A stretch of 64,000 nt of DNA, from assembly GCA_965644265.1 (NCBI GenBank), contig OZ286474.1, positions 15,810,001 to 15,874,000 of the forward strand, in the 5' to 3' direction. A program made the position numbers and the translations under genes. Below are positions 45,810 through 58,708 of the stretch, in pieces (the first letter of the stretch is position 1; each line of letters opens with the position of its first letter). The DNA is from Glycera tridactyla (Eukaryota). The notes beneath the pieces were generated by a model. It was not told the DNA's origin. It searched no databases and worked only from the letters and a program-made list of their open reading frames with translations.

Positions 45810-47831
45810 TACATGTATATGGCAAATATGACCTTTGAGGTCAAATGAGACTGGCTTTTTGGAATGCTTTTAGTAGTTGGAATCTTGTTATGTCACACTT
45901 GTATCCTCTTTTGGCACGGTGTTCTGTGTAATCCTAAATCTATGTATTTTCACTAGACTCTCCGGTCATGACAAACGAGCTTCTATGTCACGCTGACTGC
46001 ATGGAGAATTCAGGTGTGCAGAATTCTATGCCAGTTGAATGGGGTCAAAGTATGTGTAGTGACTCAGATGCGGGGCTCTGATTGGTCAGCTTCACAGGTG
46101 GTCAGAAAGTAGTCCCACAGATCATGTACATCAGGGCTCTGATTGGTCAGTTTGACAGTTGATCAGAAAGTAGTGCCTCTGATGCTAAGCTCTTATTGGT
46201 CAGATTAACAGTTAGCCAGAAAGTAGTCTCTTGGTAAATTGATTTCTTTGGAAAATGTCAGAAAATTGACTAACAAATCAATGTCAGTTTCAGGAAATTT
46301 CTTCAAATATCCCACACAATAGAATTTGTGTGTGGATCTCCCCATACCTTTGATCTTTTGATATAGCTACACTGGTAATATCTTGGCTCCCCATCATTGT
46401 TAGGCAAATTGTGATTTTGAAGCCTTTGAATAACTCATTCAATCCATGAATCTTGCCCTGCATGGAATGGTATTTCTGCTCTTGAAAAACTTGAATTCTC
46501 CCCTGTGAATAGCTTCACACTTTCAAAACCCAAAACATATTCTTTCCCTCCTGCTTTCCGACAAGAAAAGGGCCAGTAAAATGAAATATGAACATCATTT
46601 GATTACTTTTTTCTTGCAGCCTATTGGAATATTTATATCTTGTATATCTGAATAACCTTGTGCATCATGTGCATATTGGCGAAGAATCCATGTATGGCTG
46701 TTTTTGCATACTAATCTCCATGCTTGTGTGTTTTCTCTCTCTTTTCTTTCTTACAACAACCATCATGCAGTAACTGACCATAAGGATCTCAGGTTCAACT
46801 TGTCGTGTGTCATGGTTAGTGTCATATTCACAAATGTAAATCTTTTTTCAAATTTTGCTGCTATTTTGGTTTCATTATACATGGCAAAGTGATGTGTAGT
46901 TTGCTAATGCATGCAGAAAATCGAGCCCTTAAGGCTTTAGTTTGGACCTTCACAGTGCATTGCACTCACGATCATTGCTTTGAACTCGTTGGTGGATCTC
47001 ACAAGCTTTGCCATGTATGGTATCTCACTTTCAAAATCATGGTCACGGGGAATTGATCTCTTCTTCTCTTTTGTGTTTGTGTGTTGTCTATGATCGGCGG
47101 GTGTAAGGTCACTATTCCCTAATTTCATTTTAGATGTATCACTGGATCAGATGTGAAGGTCTCCCGGTCTCTGAAATGATTTGTAATCTTGTTCATACAT
47201 GTATTCAATATCCTTTTTGTGAAAATTGTGCCTATTCAAATCCATGTCAGTCAGATCTAGTAAGAGATTAATTTTCACTGATGGTAGGTTTCCTATGGAC
47301 AGTCAGTTGCCACCGAATTTCTCCCTCAGATACCAAGAAATTGAAGTTAACCACCAGCTGGATTCTTGAATGTTAAATTAGTTCACTACTGACTGGCTAC
47401 CGATATTCAAAGTTGGCTCTTCATTGTGGCTTATGATGATTCTGGCCAACATCAATATTCAATTATATTTTGGTTTGGATCTGATGAAGAATTTGCTGGG
47501 TGGTCAATCCACATGAAATCAGATGCTTTCTGACAATGTAATCTGTGCATTCCTATGGTATATCATAAAACATAGTGACCTCGGGCTTGTTTCAAGAGAC
47601 ATATCATGCTGAGATAATTTTATCTAATGCAGGAATGAGAGCATTCTCCCTCAAAATATCAGGTCAGAGTATGTATAGTGAGTGGAGTGGGTGGGGAAAG
47701 ATGGGTAGACATTCTTCTGTCACCTGTATTTACACACCAAACATCGGTCATGGGCGGTGGATCGTATCTCCCTCATCTTGCGCCATATCACCATCTCTGG
47801 GTCGTTGTGGTTTCCCTCATGTAGTAATATG

Positions 47832-47999
47832 CAGAGACGCCAACCACTACGATTTTGGAGTAGCAACAACTCTTTTCAGGCCCAAATTCCAGCATTTTGA
47901 GGGTGATGCTACTCTGGAAAAAAAAATCAGGATTTTACTTATTCCATTGCAAATATTGGTGCTGCTACTATTTTTGTTCATCAGAGGTTGGCATCTATG
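47832..47999. mobile_element. hAT-like MITE, TIR CAGAGATGCCAAC family, 6-bp TSD aatatg
   Basis: cagagacgccaac / gttggcatctatg; aatatg at 47826-47831 and 48000-48005. Related copies at about 11964-12154 and 44694-44881. Confidence 0.78.
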
Positions 48000-48166
48000 A
48001 ATATGGCAAAAATGTGCACCACTTTCATTTTGGGGTTCCGAAATGACAGACATTGATAAGAAAAAAAACTCTGATTACTCTGCAATTGGTTGTAATTGAA
48101 ATGAGGAGTCCCCTCTCATATTTGGGATTACATTAACCTATTCCCTTGTTTGAATATAGGCAATGA

Positions 48167-48645
48167 CAGGGTTCGCACTGACTCTGGAAATGTTCTGGAA
48201 ATCAGTTCCTATACTGGAAATGTTCTGGAAAACATGTTTTTCACTCTTGTGTTCTGGAAAAATACTGGAATTTTGAGATTTGCACTCTGGAACTTTTACC
48301 TATGTTCTGGAGATCAGCAAAAACATGGTAATTTCACTCATATTTGCTGATTGACAGTGCACACTGTAGGCATTAATAGTTCTGATAGATCTCAAAATGA
48401 CCACCAAGATGTGCAGATGAAAAATTGTGATCAGCATCATAATGGAGAATTTCAGAAATCAGTGGTTCAAACATACTTCCTCTAGCCGCTGGTGCTGCAC
48501 ATATAAAATCACCATTAATTATGAGGCATTCATTTCGGATACCATAAATATATTGATTGTATGTGTTCTGGAATTTTTTATGGTGTACTGGAAATGTTCT
48601 GGAAAAACTCTGGAATTTATTCGTAAGAACCCTGTATGAACCATG
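48167..48645. mobile_element. hAT-like MITE with 5-bp TSD aatga
   Basis: TIR cagggttcgcac / gtatgaaccatg; aatga at 48162-48166 and 48646-48650; repeated ctggaaa motifs. Confidence 0.8.
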
Positions 48646-49019
48646 AATGAAGTATAGTTCTTTTATAATTATGTATGCCCTGCTGACGCATTAGATATAT
48701 CTAAGACATTGCATGAACATTATAGATTTAAGTCTCTTAGTCTTACATTGAACACTGTCTCCAAAGGTCACTTTCAGCCACATCAGATACTGGCCTATAG
48801 GCAGGTGGTCTCTGTAGACAGGTCATACACTGTTAAATGCCATCACGGTCACAGCTCAGGGTGGTCTTTGTAGATAATTGGTCTCTCGATCAGGTTCAAT
48901 TGTAGACGAAGATTACTCTTCATCACTGAGCAATGCTGAGTTGTGTTCAATGGTAAACTGACTGTAAGCTGAAGGTTTAGATCCCAAGGGCACAATGCTT
49001 GCTTGGGGCATATACAGTA

Positions 49020-49793
49020 CCGTATATACTGGCGTATAAGTCGAGTTTTTTTCGCCAAAATCCGAGCCAAAAACAAGGGGGTCGACTTATATGCCCGATA
49101 TGGAGGAAAATGACGATGTTTCGAACCAAAAATTGTTGTTGTGACAGAATCCATGCTGACCAGCTGTTGACAAACGATGATTTTCTCGAACGATCGCGCT
49201 CGAAAATGAACAGAATACACCCAGATCTTAATGATTCACGAGTCTGTTCCATGATTAAATGCTTCCCGCTGCTGAAAACACGTATCAACGCTGGATGTTC
49301 ATGTATTTCGCGATAAAAACAAAAGGCTTGGATGATTTAGAGCGATTTGGGCGCCATTGTCGTAATGTCGAAATCCCCGGATGTATAACAAAACAGGAAC
49401 CAGAATACCTAATTAGCATACGACCTTGACCTTATAGTCTGCTCGAGGTGGCGGAACTTTCTCGATTTGTCAATGTTTTCATCACGTTTATGGCAAAATC
49501 GTCATGATTTTCTCAGAAACGATCATCAATTACGCAAGTAGAGTCATCATGGGTGTGTTTGGTATTATTTATCGATGTATAAAGGTGCGAACAACTTGTC
49601 AAAAGCCGGGGTAAGGCGTGAAATGGCTTCTCTCAATGGCGTTTCTCGTTGACATTTTCGCCGATCTTAGCGATGTTCGAGCAAGATTATGGGGTCGACT
49701 TATATACAAGAAATTGACTAAATCCTGACTTTTGGAGGCGAAATCGGGGGGTTGACTTATACGTCAAGTCGCCTTATATGCCAGGATATACGG
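49020..49793. mobile_element. Tc2-like (CCGTA-ended) non-autonomous transposon
   Basis: TA|ccgtatatactggcgtataagtcga ... gtcgccttatatgccaggatatacgg|TA; subterminal gtcgacttata repeats. Confidence 0.82.
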
Positions 49794-52700
49794 TAGATAA
49801 CTCCAGAATGTGCAAATTGAGCCCATAAATTTTCTCCTCAGGAGTATCTTAGCAACATGTTTGTGTTCCCATTGGTGGTTCCAACAAGTGGGATAAGGTG
49901 ATTTGTCAGTACATGAGTTGGTTCTTGCTGTTATTTCAAAGAACTGTCTTTATTCTCTCACCATTGCTTCTGATTTTCCATCTATGTGTGTGTGTGTGTG
50001 TATGTGTTTGTGCATGCGTGTGTGTCTGTGCATGCATGCGTGCATGCTTACATCCATTCAAGCTTGCGTTATGCTTCTTATTTGGGAATCCTCTGCAAAG
50101 AGAATTCAGAGAGGGCGAGAGTAGTGTCTATGCATGTTAAAATGAGATTTTCACGTATTTGTTCTGATGAGCCAGACATGTTTCGTATTAAGTGAAAAGA
50201 ATGCATATTTATCAATACATGAATTGCTGCCTGCATTTATACACGTTGTTCATTTGTATCATTACTCAATATTGGGTTGTGTTAGCCATGCTTTTGTCTC
50301 AGCTATGATTATTGATTGTTCAATTTATTTGATTTGAGATACACTTGGGAGGGCCCATTTTATGGCCTATGACAGATCAAGCACAGTGAAACATGCAATG
50401 AGAGACCGCCCAAAGAGTCACCAAAGCAATCTCTCAAAAGAGGTGGTCTCTCTTCAGAAGTATATTTGACTATGTCAATTAGGACAGCTGCCCCATTTAA
50501 GTCTCCTGTCAAAGGTGGTCTCTCCTTAGGGGGTCTCTCATTGCAGGTTTCACTGTATTAGGGCAGCAGATTTGGTCACCTGCCTGAAGGTTAAATCTGT
50601 GCCAATAATCAATTCTATAATTCTCTGCAGAAGGGCAAAAGGTGAAAATGAAGGCAGGTGGGAATTCTGCTTTACTTGCCCTGAGGACGCCTGAAGTGAA
50701 GCACTAGGAATCCTGCTTGATTCAGGTCTTTTTTGAAGACTGAAGACAGATGAAAAATCGGCAAAGTTTGCTTCAGAAAAATAAATAATCTTAGCCATCT
50801 GTCACAACTGCATCGAATATCCTGTCACTTATGTATAATTAATGTGCGATTGTGTCATGAAATAGAGTTTCTCGATCTCAATCTCAAAATAATACCAGTG
50901 TCCAATCTTGAAATCAACTTCAGGGGGAGAAACGGCCCCCTCTCTGAGAAAAGGGGGTGTTTTCAGGAAAATAGGGGCGTCATTGTAAGAAGGGGGATTT
51001 TCTCAGGCAATGCCATGATGTTTAGAAAAATGGAAGAGAGCAGCTTGGTATGGCCAGGTGAACACAACTACCAAGGAAACCTAATACACATGCTCATTTA
51101 AATGTATTTATTGAGCTTTCTAATGGGGGCGAAATGTGTCCCACAATCCAGAAACAAAGAGCATCTTGTCAGGTTTGTGGGGCCATTTGCCTCAACGCCC
51201 CTCTAGATCAGACACTGTCATACCCATCACATTTGAATTGAAGGAGCTCGAAAGAGTTGGTATTCTTTTGAAATTTTTTATGACACTACTAACTCACTAA
51301 TTTTGAAACTCTCTTCACTTCCAGTGAAATAGTGCTCATCTTTCAATGATGGTCTAATGTCTGTGGTTTCTGTCTGTTGTAGACGTGGCTCTCTCCAATG
51401 AAACTTCTCGATCAGCAGAGACTCTGACCCCAACTGACTCATCGCGTTTGACGGCTTTATCTGCAAATCTGCGCCCCATGTGATATTCGACTGATCGTGA
51501 CGTGTGATAGCGTGCACGCTGATATAACTCCCGTGAGATGACGTATACACTGTTAAGACGGTCTTCGAATTCAGCCACTCTCCCGAATCCCGGGGAGAGT
51601 GAATTTGGTTGCGGGAGAGCGGAAAGACCATACTCATTCTCCCAATGGGAGAGTGTAAATTTTCCAGTTGATTGGAAAGTTGTGAATTCTTGTTAAGACG
51701 GAACAACACAGTTTTGAATCCTCCAACGAAAAACCATAATCCGTGCGAGATGACTTTGCATATTCCTGCACATGTTTTCCTCTCGAGAACGAACCTGAGC
51801 ACACAATGGGTTGGTCTTACTTAGATAGTCACTCACATGACGGATAAGTTGGAATTTGTGTCTCGATAAGGATGTTACTCACACAAATGTCTTGCTCTCA
51901 CTTTCGAACAAATTCAGGAGAGTGAATGTATTTTCGGGAGAGTGATTTTTCCAGTCTGCTCTCCCAACGGGAGATTGGCTGAAAAAGTTTTTTTCGTGAA
52001 GACTGTGAAGAGGATGTATTCATGTTTTCATATCCATCTGGTGTATTGGTGTCCCCTTAGTAGGGGCTTCCCTTGGGAGAAGTGAAAACATGACCAGAAT
52101 GAAGATCCCTGCCACCTCATTTTCTGATCCATTGCAAGAATTATTTGCAATCCTACAAGAAATCCTTCCCAGATTGAAGAGATGATAAGCCCAACTTGAT
52201 CAATCAATCCATATGAAATCTTTATGTGAAAGGTGACCAGAAATTAGATTATAATTTGAAGTTCATATATATATATATATATACAGTTGAACCTGCCCTA
52301 AGCATGCACGGTACGGAGCAAAAACCTTTCTTAGGCAACCTTGCTGTATTCATCCAGCCAGAGTATACATGCACTCTCGTGTCTTCCCTTGATCGCATGT
52401 ATAGTACAGATTTGCCTGATATTTTCACTTGATATAAGTGTATGCAACATGGAGTGAATGTTTCCTGTTCCCGTGGTTACTTCTGGAACCTGTAGCAACT
52501 AGAATATTCTCCCAATTTTCTACATGCTCGATATATTGACCAATTCTTATCATTCTCTGGCCAAGAATTGTCAAACCTGAAATCAATGGCTGGATACAAG
52601 TGATTTATCTGATTTGATAGGTTAACCCTTTTTCTCCCCAATATGATTCTTTAAAAGGTCAATGAAATCATATGCATCATCAATTATTGTATATTCAGAA

Positions 52701-52874
52701 ATATCTCTTGACAGAGATCAAAATCCAGTGGATCAATCTGGTGAGGCTGATTTATTACATTCAAACCAAATGTTACCGAATGAAATCTAGTGCAAAAATC
52801 ATATATAGGCTTATTCATTATATGCTATTATAAAATCACTGAATGAAATCCAGTGTGAAAACTATATAGGATTA

Positions 52875-52880
52875 TTTATT
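52875..52880 (-). terminator. Candidate polyadenylation signal AATAAA for the - strand gene
   Basis: tttatt on + strand, about 150 nt downstream of the TAG at 53029; region is AT-rich so specificity is low. Confidence 0.35.
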
Positions 52881-53028
52881 ATATATGATTGAATATATAT
52901 TATAGCAGTAGTTGTAAGCTATTGATCCAATCAAATGAGAATTTTTAATGAATTTATCTTTTCTTAGCATTGAATAGGTACCCATTCCCCCACTTAATTG
53001 TGCATATTGTGTCCAACACAAGTTAAAA

Positions 53029-53219
53029 CTAGTGGTCCATAATTATGTTATGCAGAACTTCAGGCGCCAAAGGTATATGAATGTAGAATTGGGGTCCCTT
53101 GAGTACAGGTTTTTGCCTGTCTTTAGCATTCATTGGAGGGCAGTCATGATCAAATTCCATGGTTCCTGACTCTGCTACTAGACGTGCCACCATAGCAGTC
53201 CTGGATTTCTTGTATGGTA
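53029..53219 (-). CDS. Terminal coding exon of an unidentified - strand gene
   Basis: Acceptor ttttgttttttgtttcag|TA; (L)PYKKSRTAMVARLVAESGTMEFDHDCPPMNAKDRQKPVLKGPQFYIHIPLAPEVLHNIIMDH*; AATAAA about 150 nt downstream. Confidence 0.55.
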
Positions 53220-53425
53220 CTGAAACAAAAAACAAAATGGAACCGAGAGGAACTTTTTACCAGTAAAAATCGAATTCAGTTTTACTTCCATTGTCCAAAA
53301 TTTATTCTATATTCAAAATTACTTACCAGGCTCATGTAATGAGAAAATTTAAATAAAAACCGAGGGGAGTTTATATGGGAACATCTACCTACATAGAAGA
53401 TGGCTAAGTGAATATCGAAACTCAC

Positions 53426-53463
53426 GCTTTGTAGATTGGCCTTGATTGGTGTCAGGTGTGAAT
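53426..53463 (-). CDS. Penultimate exon of the unidentified - strand gene (FTPDTNQGQSTK)
   Basis: Acceptor ttatgatttacag|A; donor AAGC|gtgagt; its phase-1 end fits the exon at 53219; the frame is also open further 5' to about 53615. Confidence 0.5.
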
Positions 53464-56323
53464 CTGTAAATCATAATTTGTCGGAAAATTCGGTGTTGGC
53501 AGTTTTCATCTTTTGGTGATGCATTATGGTCAGGTATGAATGTTATGAACCGAGTTGTACAAATCCCGTGATGTGCCATTTTACCTGGATACCAGTTATG
53601 TAGATAATATCTCTTTCACTTGATGTGACGTAACATTGAACTGAGTATTTTATATCTTCTGTAAAATTGGTTCTTGAACAAAGTGTTTCACGATATCTTA
53701 TGCGTAATCAGTTCAGCCCTGAAACGGCTGCATTCAGGTTCAGGTTCCCCATCATCTGGTGTTCAGGGTTTGTGAGAGTGATGGCTGCACGGAAGATAAC
53801 ATCTAGCTCTCCTTGACCACACAGCTGACATAATTGTCTGGGTTGACACATGCCGTTACACCGCAAACAGAAACTGTGTCAGATAGTCGGGGAACAGTAG
53901 GTTCTTCAGTGAGCCGAGAGAATAATATTTGGTCAATCTCTGAATCACTGCTGTTCGTTCTCTACTAATACTCCCATTATCACTCAGTATCATTGTGGAT
54001 TTTCTTCATCGATGGTTGATATCCCTGCTTCTTTGCGGGATTCAGTCAAGTGAAATCCCAGAAAAAAAGTCCCAGTTCCTTAGGGACTGAATGACTGTTG
54101 GATCGTAATGAGGTCTTTTCTCCTAATAAAACAGTGCTTGTGATAATTATACAGTGAAATTTGCGATAAGAGACTGCCCCAAATGTCACCAAAGAGCGGT
54201 CTTTTAAAGGAGGCAGTCTGTCGTCAGGGGGTCTCTAGTCGCAGGTTTCACTGTACTCATGACAAACGAGTGAGTGTGTGCATGTGATGTACGATTCGGT
54301 GAATGTCATCGTTGTTAGTCGAATATGTATCATTTTGTACAGTTCATCTTTACATTTGTGTGATTGGAAGTGTGTGCTGTGTGTGAGAAATTGGACCATT
54401 TTATCCGTTGAATGTTCTTCAAATCTGAGTGACCTTCCGATTTTGGAGGCTAGATTTTCTCCTTGTTGGTTATTCATAATAGATTTCATGATAAGATAAT
54501 AATATCCCTTTTTCCACAAGTCCAGCTCAGATCAGCTGGGAATTCTGTAAACTATTGGCTATACAGTATAATGGAGGAGGAAAATGAACAGGTACCTGCA
54601 CGTCAAAATGGCATAGAATTTCCGCATAATGTAATATGGACGAGTTGATATATTATCCATACTTATCTGCTGCCATTCAATATGAATATTATATTACCCT
54701 AGACAGTGCTTGCTCCATATCATTGTATATTTGTTCCGCTCTCTCATAACAAAATAAATAGTGTATCTGCTTGCATTTTAAATTCATCAAAAGTGGAATG
54801 AGAGTGCGTGGAATTTTGCTAAGCATGCCATCACTGCCAATAACAGGGTTGCATCCAGAGTGGGGCATGGGGGCATTTCACACATTTTATCGAGTGTGGG
54901 CCCCTTTTTCAAGACAATTATCGGCCCAAATGACCCAATACCACTCCTTCAAGCCATATTGTGTGCACCCATGAGAACTCCTGGATGCAAAGCTGCATAT
55001 AGTGTTCAACCATTGGTTATTCATGCTGAGGGGATCGTTTAGGGTTTGTGAGAGTGATGTCTGCAGGGGAGAGAAACATCTAGCTTTCATCAACCAGGAA
55101 CACACGGCATTATAACCCTAGGGTTGATGCATGCCGTTAAACCTCAAATAAATAAACAAGCTGAGGGATTGTCCCGTGTAAGACTTTCCGGGAGGGTTGA
55201 TCGGTATTTGTGTTAGCATCTCCTGTGATGAATCCACTTTTTTGGTCTACATCAATCGCCCAAATATTTGGACCAGAACAAGGAGTCTCCCGAACACTGG
55301 AAGCCTTGAACTCCTGCAATGTATGCTTACCAAAATGTCATCGAAATTAGTATAGATTTTTCATAACTTGAGATGATCTGAATGTCTGATATATGACTGA
55401 ATGAAATGAACGGGTGATTGTGATCGTTTTTTACTAAATCATCAGTTACAAGAATTTCTGCTTACATTCATTGACGATGGCTGGATTTTCAGCCTATGTG
55501 TTTTTCAGATAATTCTCACTCGAGAGAGGGAGAGAGTATCATTGGGTCGTATAGAATTGACTTCCGCCTCAGAAATATTCATATTTCATCAACTTCAATT
55601 CATTTCAATCTAGATATCTTCTATAACAAGCTGTAAAATACATATGATGTATACTTTTTAAAACTCTTTCCACTTTCTACAAAATATCTGCCCAAGTTCC
55701 CGTGTTTGTCTTGGTCCTTTCTCACAAAATATCTCGTACATTTTATACTGTACAATATACCAGACCCGCCTCCACTTGATTCACAAGTGCGTACATATTA
55801 GCTGCAAGATTGTCGATATATTTACAAGTTATGGGGTTTATGCATTTTTCCGAGTTACAGTGTGAGTGAAATAATCTAATTTTCAACTCGTTATTGACAA
55901 TTCGGGAGTGCGACGGCAGTATGCCAGGTGGAGAATTGTTGGCAGTGATCCTTTGCAAGATGACGACCCGTTCACACCAATTAACTTATGCCCTTCTCGC
56001 ACCCTGTGATATGAACTGATATTTATTGATGCAGAAAGGTTTCCCTATTTTGCGGTGATTTTGGGGTGGAATGTCTTTGTCGTGTTGTACTGTATTCTCC
56101 ATTTCTCCATATCGCATCTCATTATTATCCTCAGTGACATCCCCTCATCGTGTCATTCTTCGTCATTCTAATTCCTGATGCATATGAATATTATTATGAA
56201 GTTTTCCAATTGCATTGTAGAATTTTCCCCTTATTTCCAACTTGAGTACTTGCGTAAATCTCTTCTATTATGACTTCATTTTTTCACCTGTATATCATTT
56301 TGTGATTCTCGACAAATACTTAC

Positions 56324-56426
56324 CTTCTTCCAGACTGTACTAAAGTTGTCAAATACCCACGTATGCTATCTAACATTAAATTTCTAGTCATTGCCTAAGT
56401 CCACCATTCATGCTGAAAGATGGTCT
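56324..56426 (-). pseudogene. Candidate upstream exon of the - strand gene, with one in-frame TAG (or a 5'UTR/start exon)
   Basis: Acceptor ttatttcattccag, donor AAG|gtaagt; reads TIFQHEWWT*AMTRNLMLDSIRGYLTTLVQSGR; phase-2 end fits exon 53463. Confidence 0.3.
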
Positions 56427-58556
56427 CTGGAATGAAATAAGTATAAATTATATTAAAATCTGTATACTTCCCAGTTAATCAGATAAAGAATCAAAAGATG
56501 TAATTTTCAATTTCTTATTATTATCTCTTATTTTATCATGGTACTTCTCCCGTATTTTACAGAAATGTAGACTTCCCTGTGTGGTGTAGAGTCGTAAAAC
56601 TCACCGGCACTCCGGAATAATGAAAGTTGTTCCTCAAAAATCTGAGAGATATTGGTATGAAGTGCCGGTTATGTACCCGTCACTTGTATCGGTCAAACTA
56701 ACATATTCACTGTATGAATACCGATATCAATCAGTTCCGTTTGATTTCCATGTATTTATTGTATAATTCTTGCCTTGTTTCTTCATCTATATTTCTTGTT
56801 GAATTTGTTTCTTATCCTCATCATTCATTCAAATTTCTTCATTATCTACTTGTAACATTTCCATTTCTCCTTTGATATTTAATATTAATAATTAACGATG
56901 AATCCCCGTGTTAGATTTGACATTCTGATGCTTATTCAAATAGGTTGGCCTCTCGTATGAGAAGCATGAAAAACCAGGGCTTCAGTGAGCCAGATTGAAA
57001 AATGAGTGAGAGAAGTTTTTTTTCCCATCAACTTTCCCTTGGACGAGAATGTTTCCAACGAATCCACTCTTTGAATAATATAATTTATCTTGAAGTGATT
57101 TAACTTTCTAATTCTTTACATCTGTATATACATTTCTTGTCAAAGTAAAAAGGATACTACTCATTCTTGATTACTGTTGATTGCAAGTTGCAGTATACCC
57201 TTTATTCATGTTGCCCTTTGTTATTTCATGGATAGACACGATTTCAGATTGCCGAAAGATTATACAATGCTGAGTCTGGCTAGTACATGTAGGGGAACAG
57301 AGGACATGTTCACGACCTGTTGCTCTAACGTTAAAGAAATTCCCATCATCAAATTTACTCATGGACATTTCTGTATCCATTGTAGTTTTTATACAAAGTC
57401 TCACAGATATCATATCCAGAATCAAATTAAACTCTGATCAGACACATGGATGTCAAATCAAGTTATAATTACATGTACGGTATGTACAACATGTACTTGC
57501 ATCCATTCAGTATTGGAATAAATTTGAATGGACGTCTTTATGTCTGGTGAGCCGAATTGTACTATACAATAAATTTGATTTCAATATCTATATCATCAAA
57601 TATTCCGTATCCAATATGACCAATTTCCATGTTCTGATATTGTATTTTTAAGCCCCAAAATAGCCGTGCATGTATGTACTGACATTCTTCTACATTCTAT
57701 ACATGCAAAGCTATCACTCAAACAATTCTGTGTCTTCCTAAATTGGAATGCAGATACTGGAAAGATTCATTTGGGATTGGTGATTTACAAGAGTGACATT
57801 TGTTGCCAATCTTGATATTTTTGTTAAGTTTGATCTGCATGTAATTTGCAGATTTATACAAGTATGTTGAGCGTGCAATATAAGTTTCATATCCTATGGG
57901 CATTAATCATTCATCATGGACGTATTTCTCACTCTGGGAAGCCAGAGTTTGTTTTGTGTGAACCATATTTTTTTACTTTGGTTATTTGAATTCATCAATC
58001 AATACAATATCTGTTCATATATTCTGTTTAGTTTTGAAGACTAAAGATTGGCTCATGTGGATTGCCTAGGATCTAACTTTAATGGACATCTGGGCATGTT
58101 CTACTTTGAACAAGGTGCACCTAATTGCTATGGATATCTTGATTCCACTTCTTCACCGGTGTTGGCAGATGAATCTTACTCAGGTAGCCTCGTACCTATT
58201 CCTCTCTCCTCTGTTTCTTGCAGGACAGGCTTCACATGTACTTGTGTGTGGAGAATCAGAGTAATGTTTTCTCAACTTGGATCGATCCTTGATTGGCACA
58301 GAACGACCACAAATTTGTAACATTACACAAAACCATAGCAAGTAAATCAAACAATGAAGTGAAACCTGCGATGAAAGACCACTGTATATGGCATCAATAA
58401 TTTCAAAAATCGGTCTTGTAAAAAGGCTGGTCTCTCCTTAGTGTAATATTTGATGATGTCAAAAAGGAGCTGCCCCGAAAAAGCGATCGTTCATCGGAGA
58501 TGGCCACTCACCGGGATCACTGGTTGCAAGTTTCACTGTATTCACATGTATTTCTT

Positions 58557-58708
58557 TGATGAACGAAGATTTACCTACTTTGGAACGATTTGTTGAGACG
58601 TATCACATCGTTTCGACCACTCTACAAGCAGCCTTGATCACGTGATGGATCAGTGTTGTTGATACGTCTCAACAAATCGTTCCAAAGTAGGTAAATCTTC
58701 ATTCATCA
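58557..58708. repeat. Inverted repeat, 49-bp arms with one mismatch, 54-nt loop
   Basis: tgatgaacgaagatttacctactttggaacgatttgttgagacgtatca pairs with tgatacgtctcaacaaatcgttccaaagtaggtaaatcttcattcatca. Confidence 0.95.
58601..58648 (-). ncRNA. Candidate minimal type I hammerhead-like motif (variant core)
   Basis: - strand ATCAC GTGATCA A GGCTGCT TGTAG AGTGGTC GAAAC GAT GTGAT: helix I, core, helix II and GAAAC in the correct order; deviates at G3/C8 and position 16.1. Confidence 0.35.

Noticed and set aside
51278-51802. 174-aa - strand ORF
   Set aside because: Lies in repeat-like sequence with gggagag/ctctccc inverted motifs and a gtgaagactg end also seen near 33840; no recognisable domain or splice structure.
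55137-55334. Apparent 17-nt intron GTAAGC...TTGCAG on the - strand before a coding-like stretch
   Set aside because: Far below the normal metazoan minimum intron length and no good downstream donor.
56324-56426. Selenocysteine recoding to explain in-frame stops
   Set aside because: The stop in the compatible frame is TAG, not TGA, and no SECIS was recognised.
56645-57600. Degraded LINE fragments on the - strand (SDQSLI, ILVQGKVDGK, DG..IT...IFEEQ...FY)
   Set aside because: Motifs are short, interrupted by stops and point to different clades (L1/Tx1 and RTE); not supportable without a translated search.
58221-58257. + strand exon-like segment (DRLHMYLCVENQ) with strong acceptor
   Set aside because: Isolated; no compatible neighbouring exons found.
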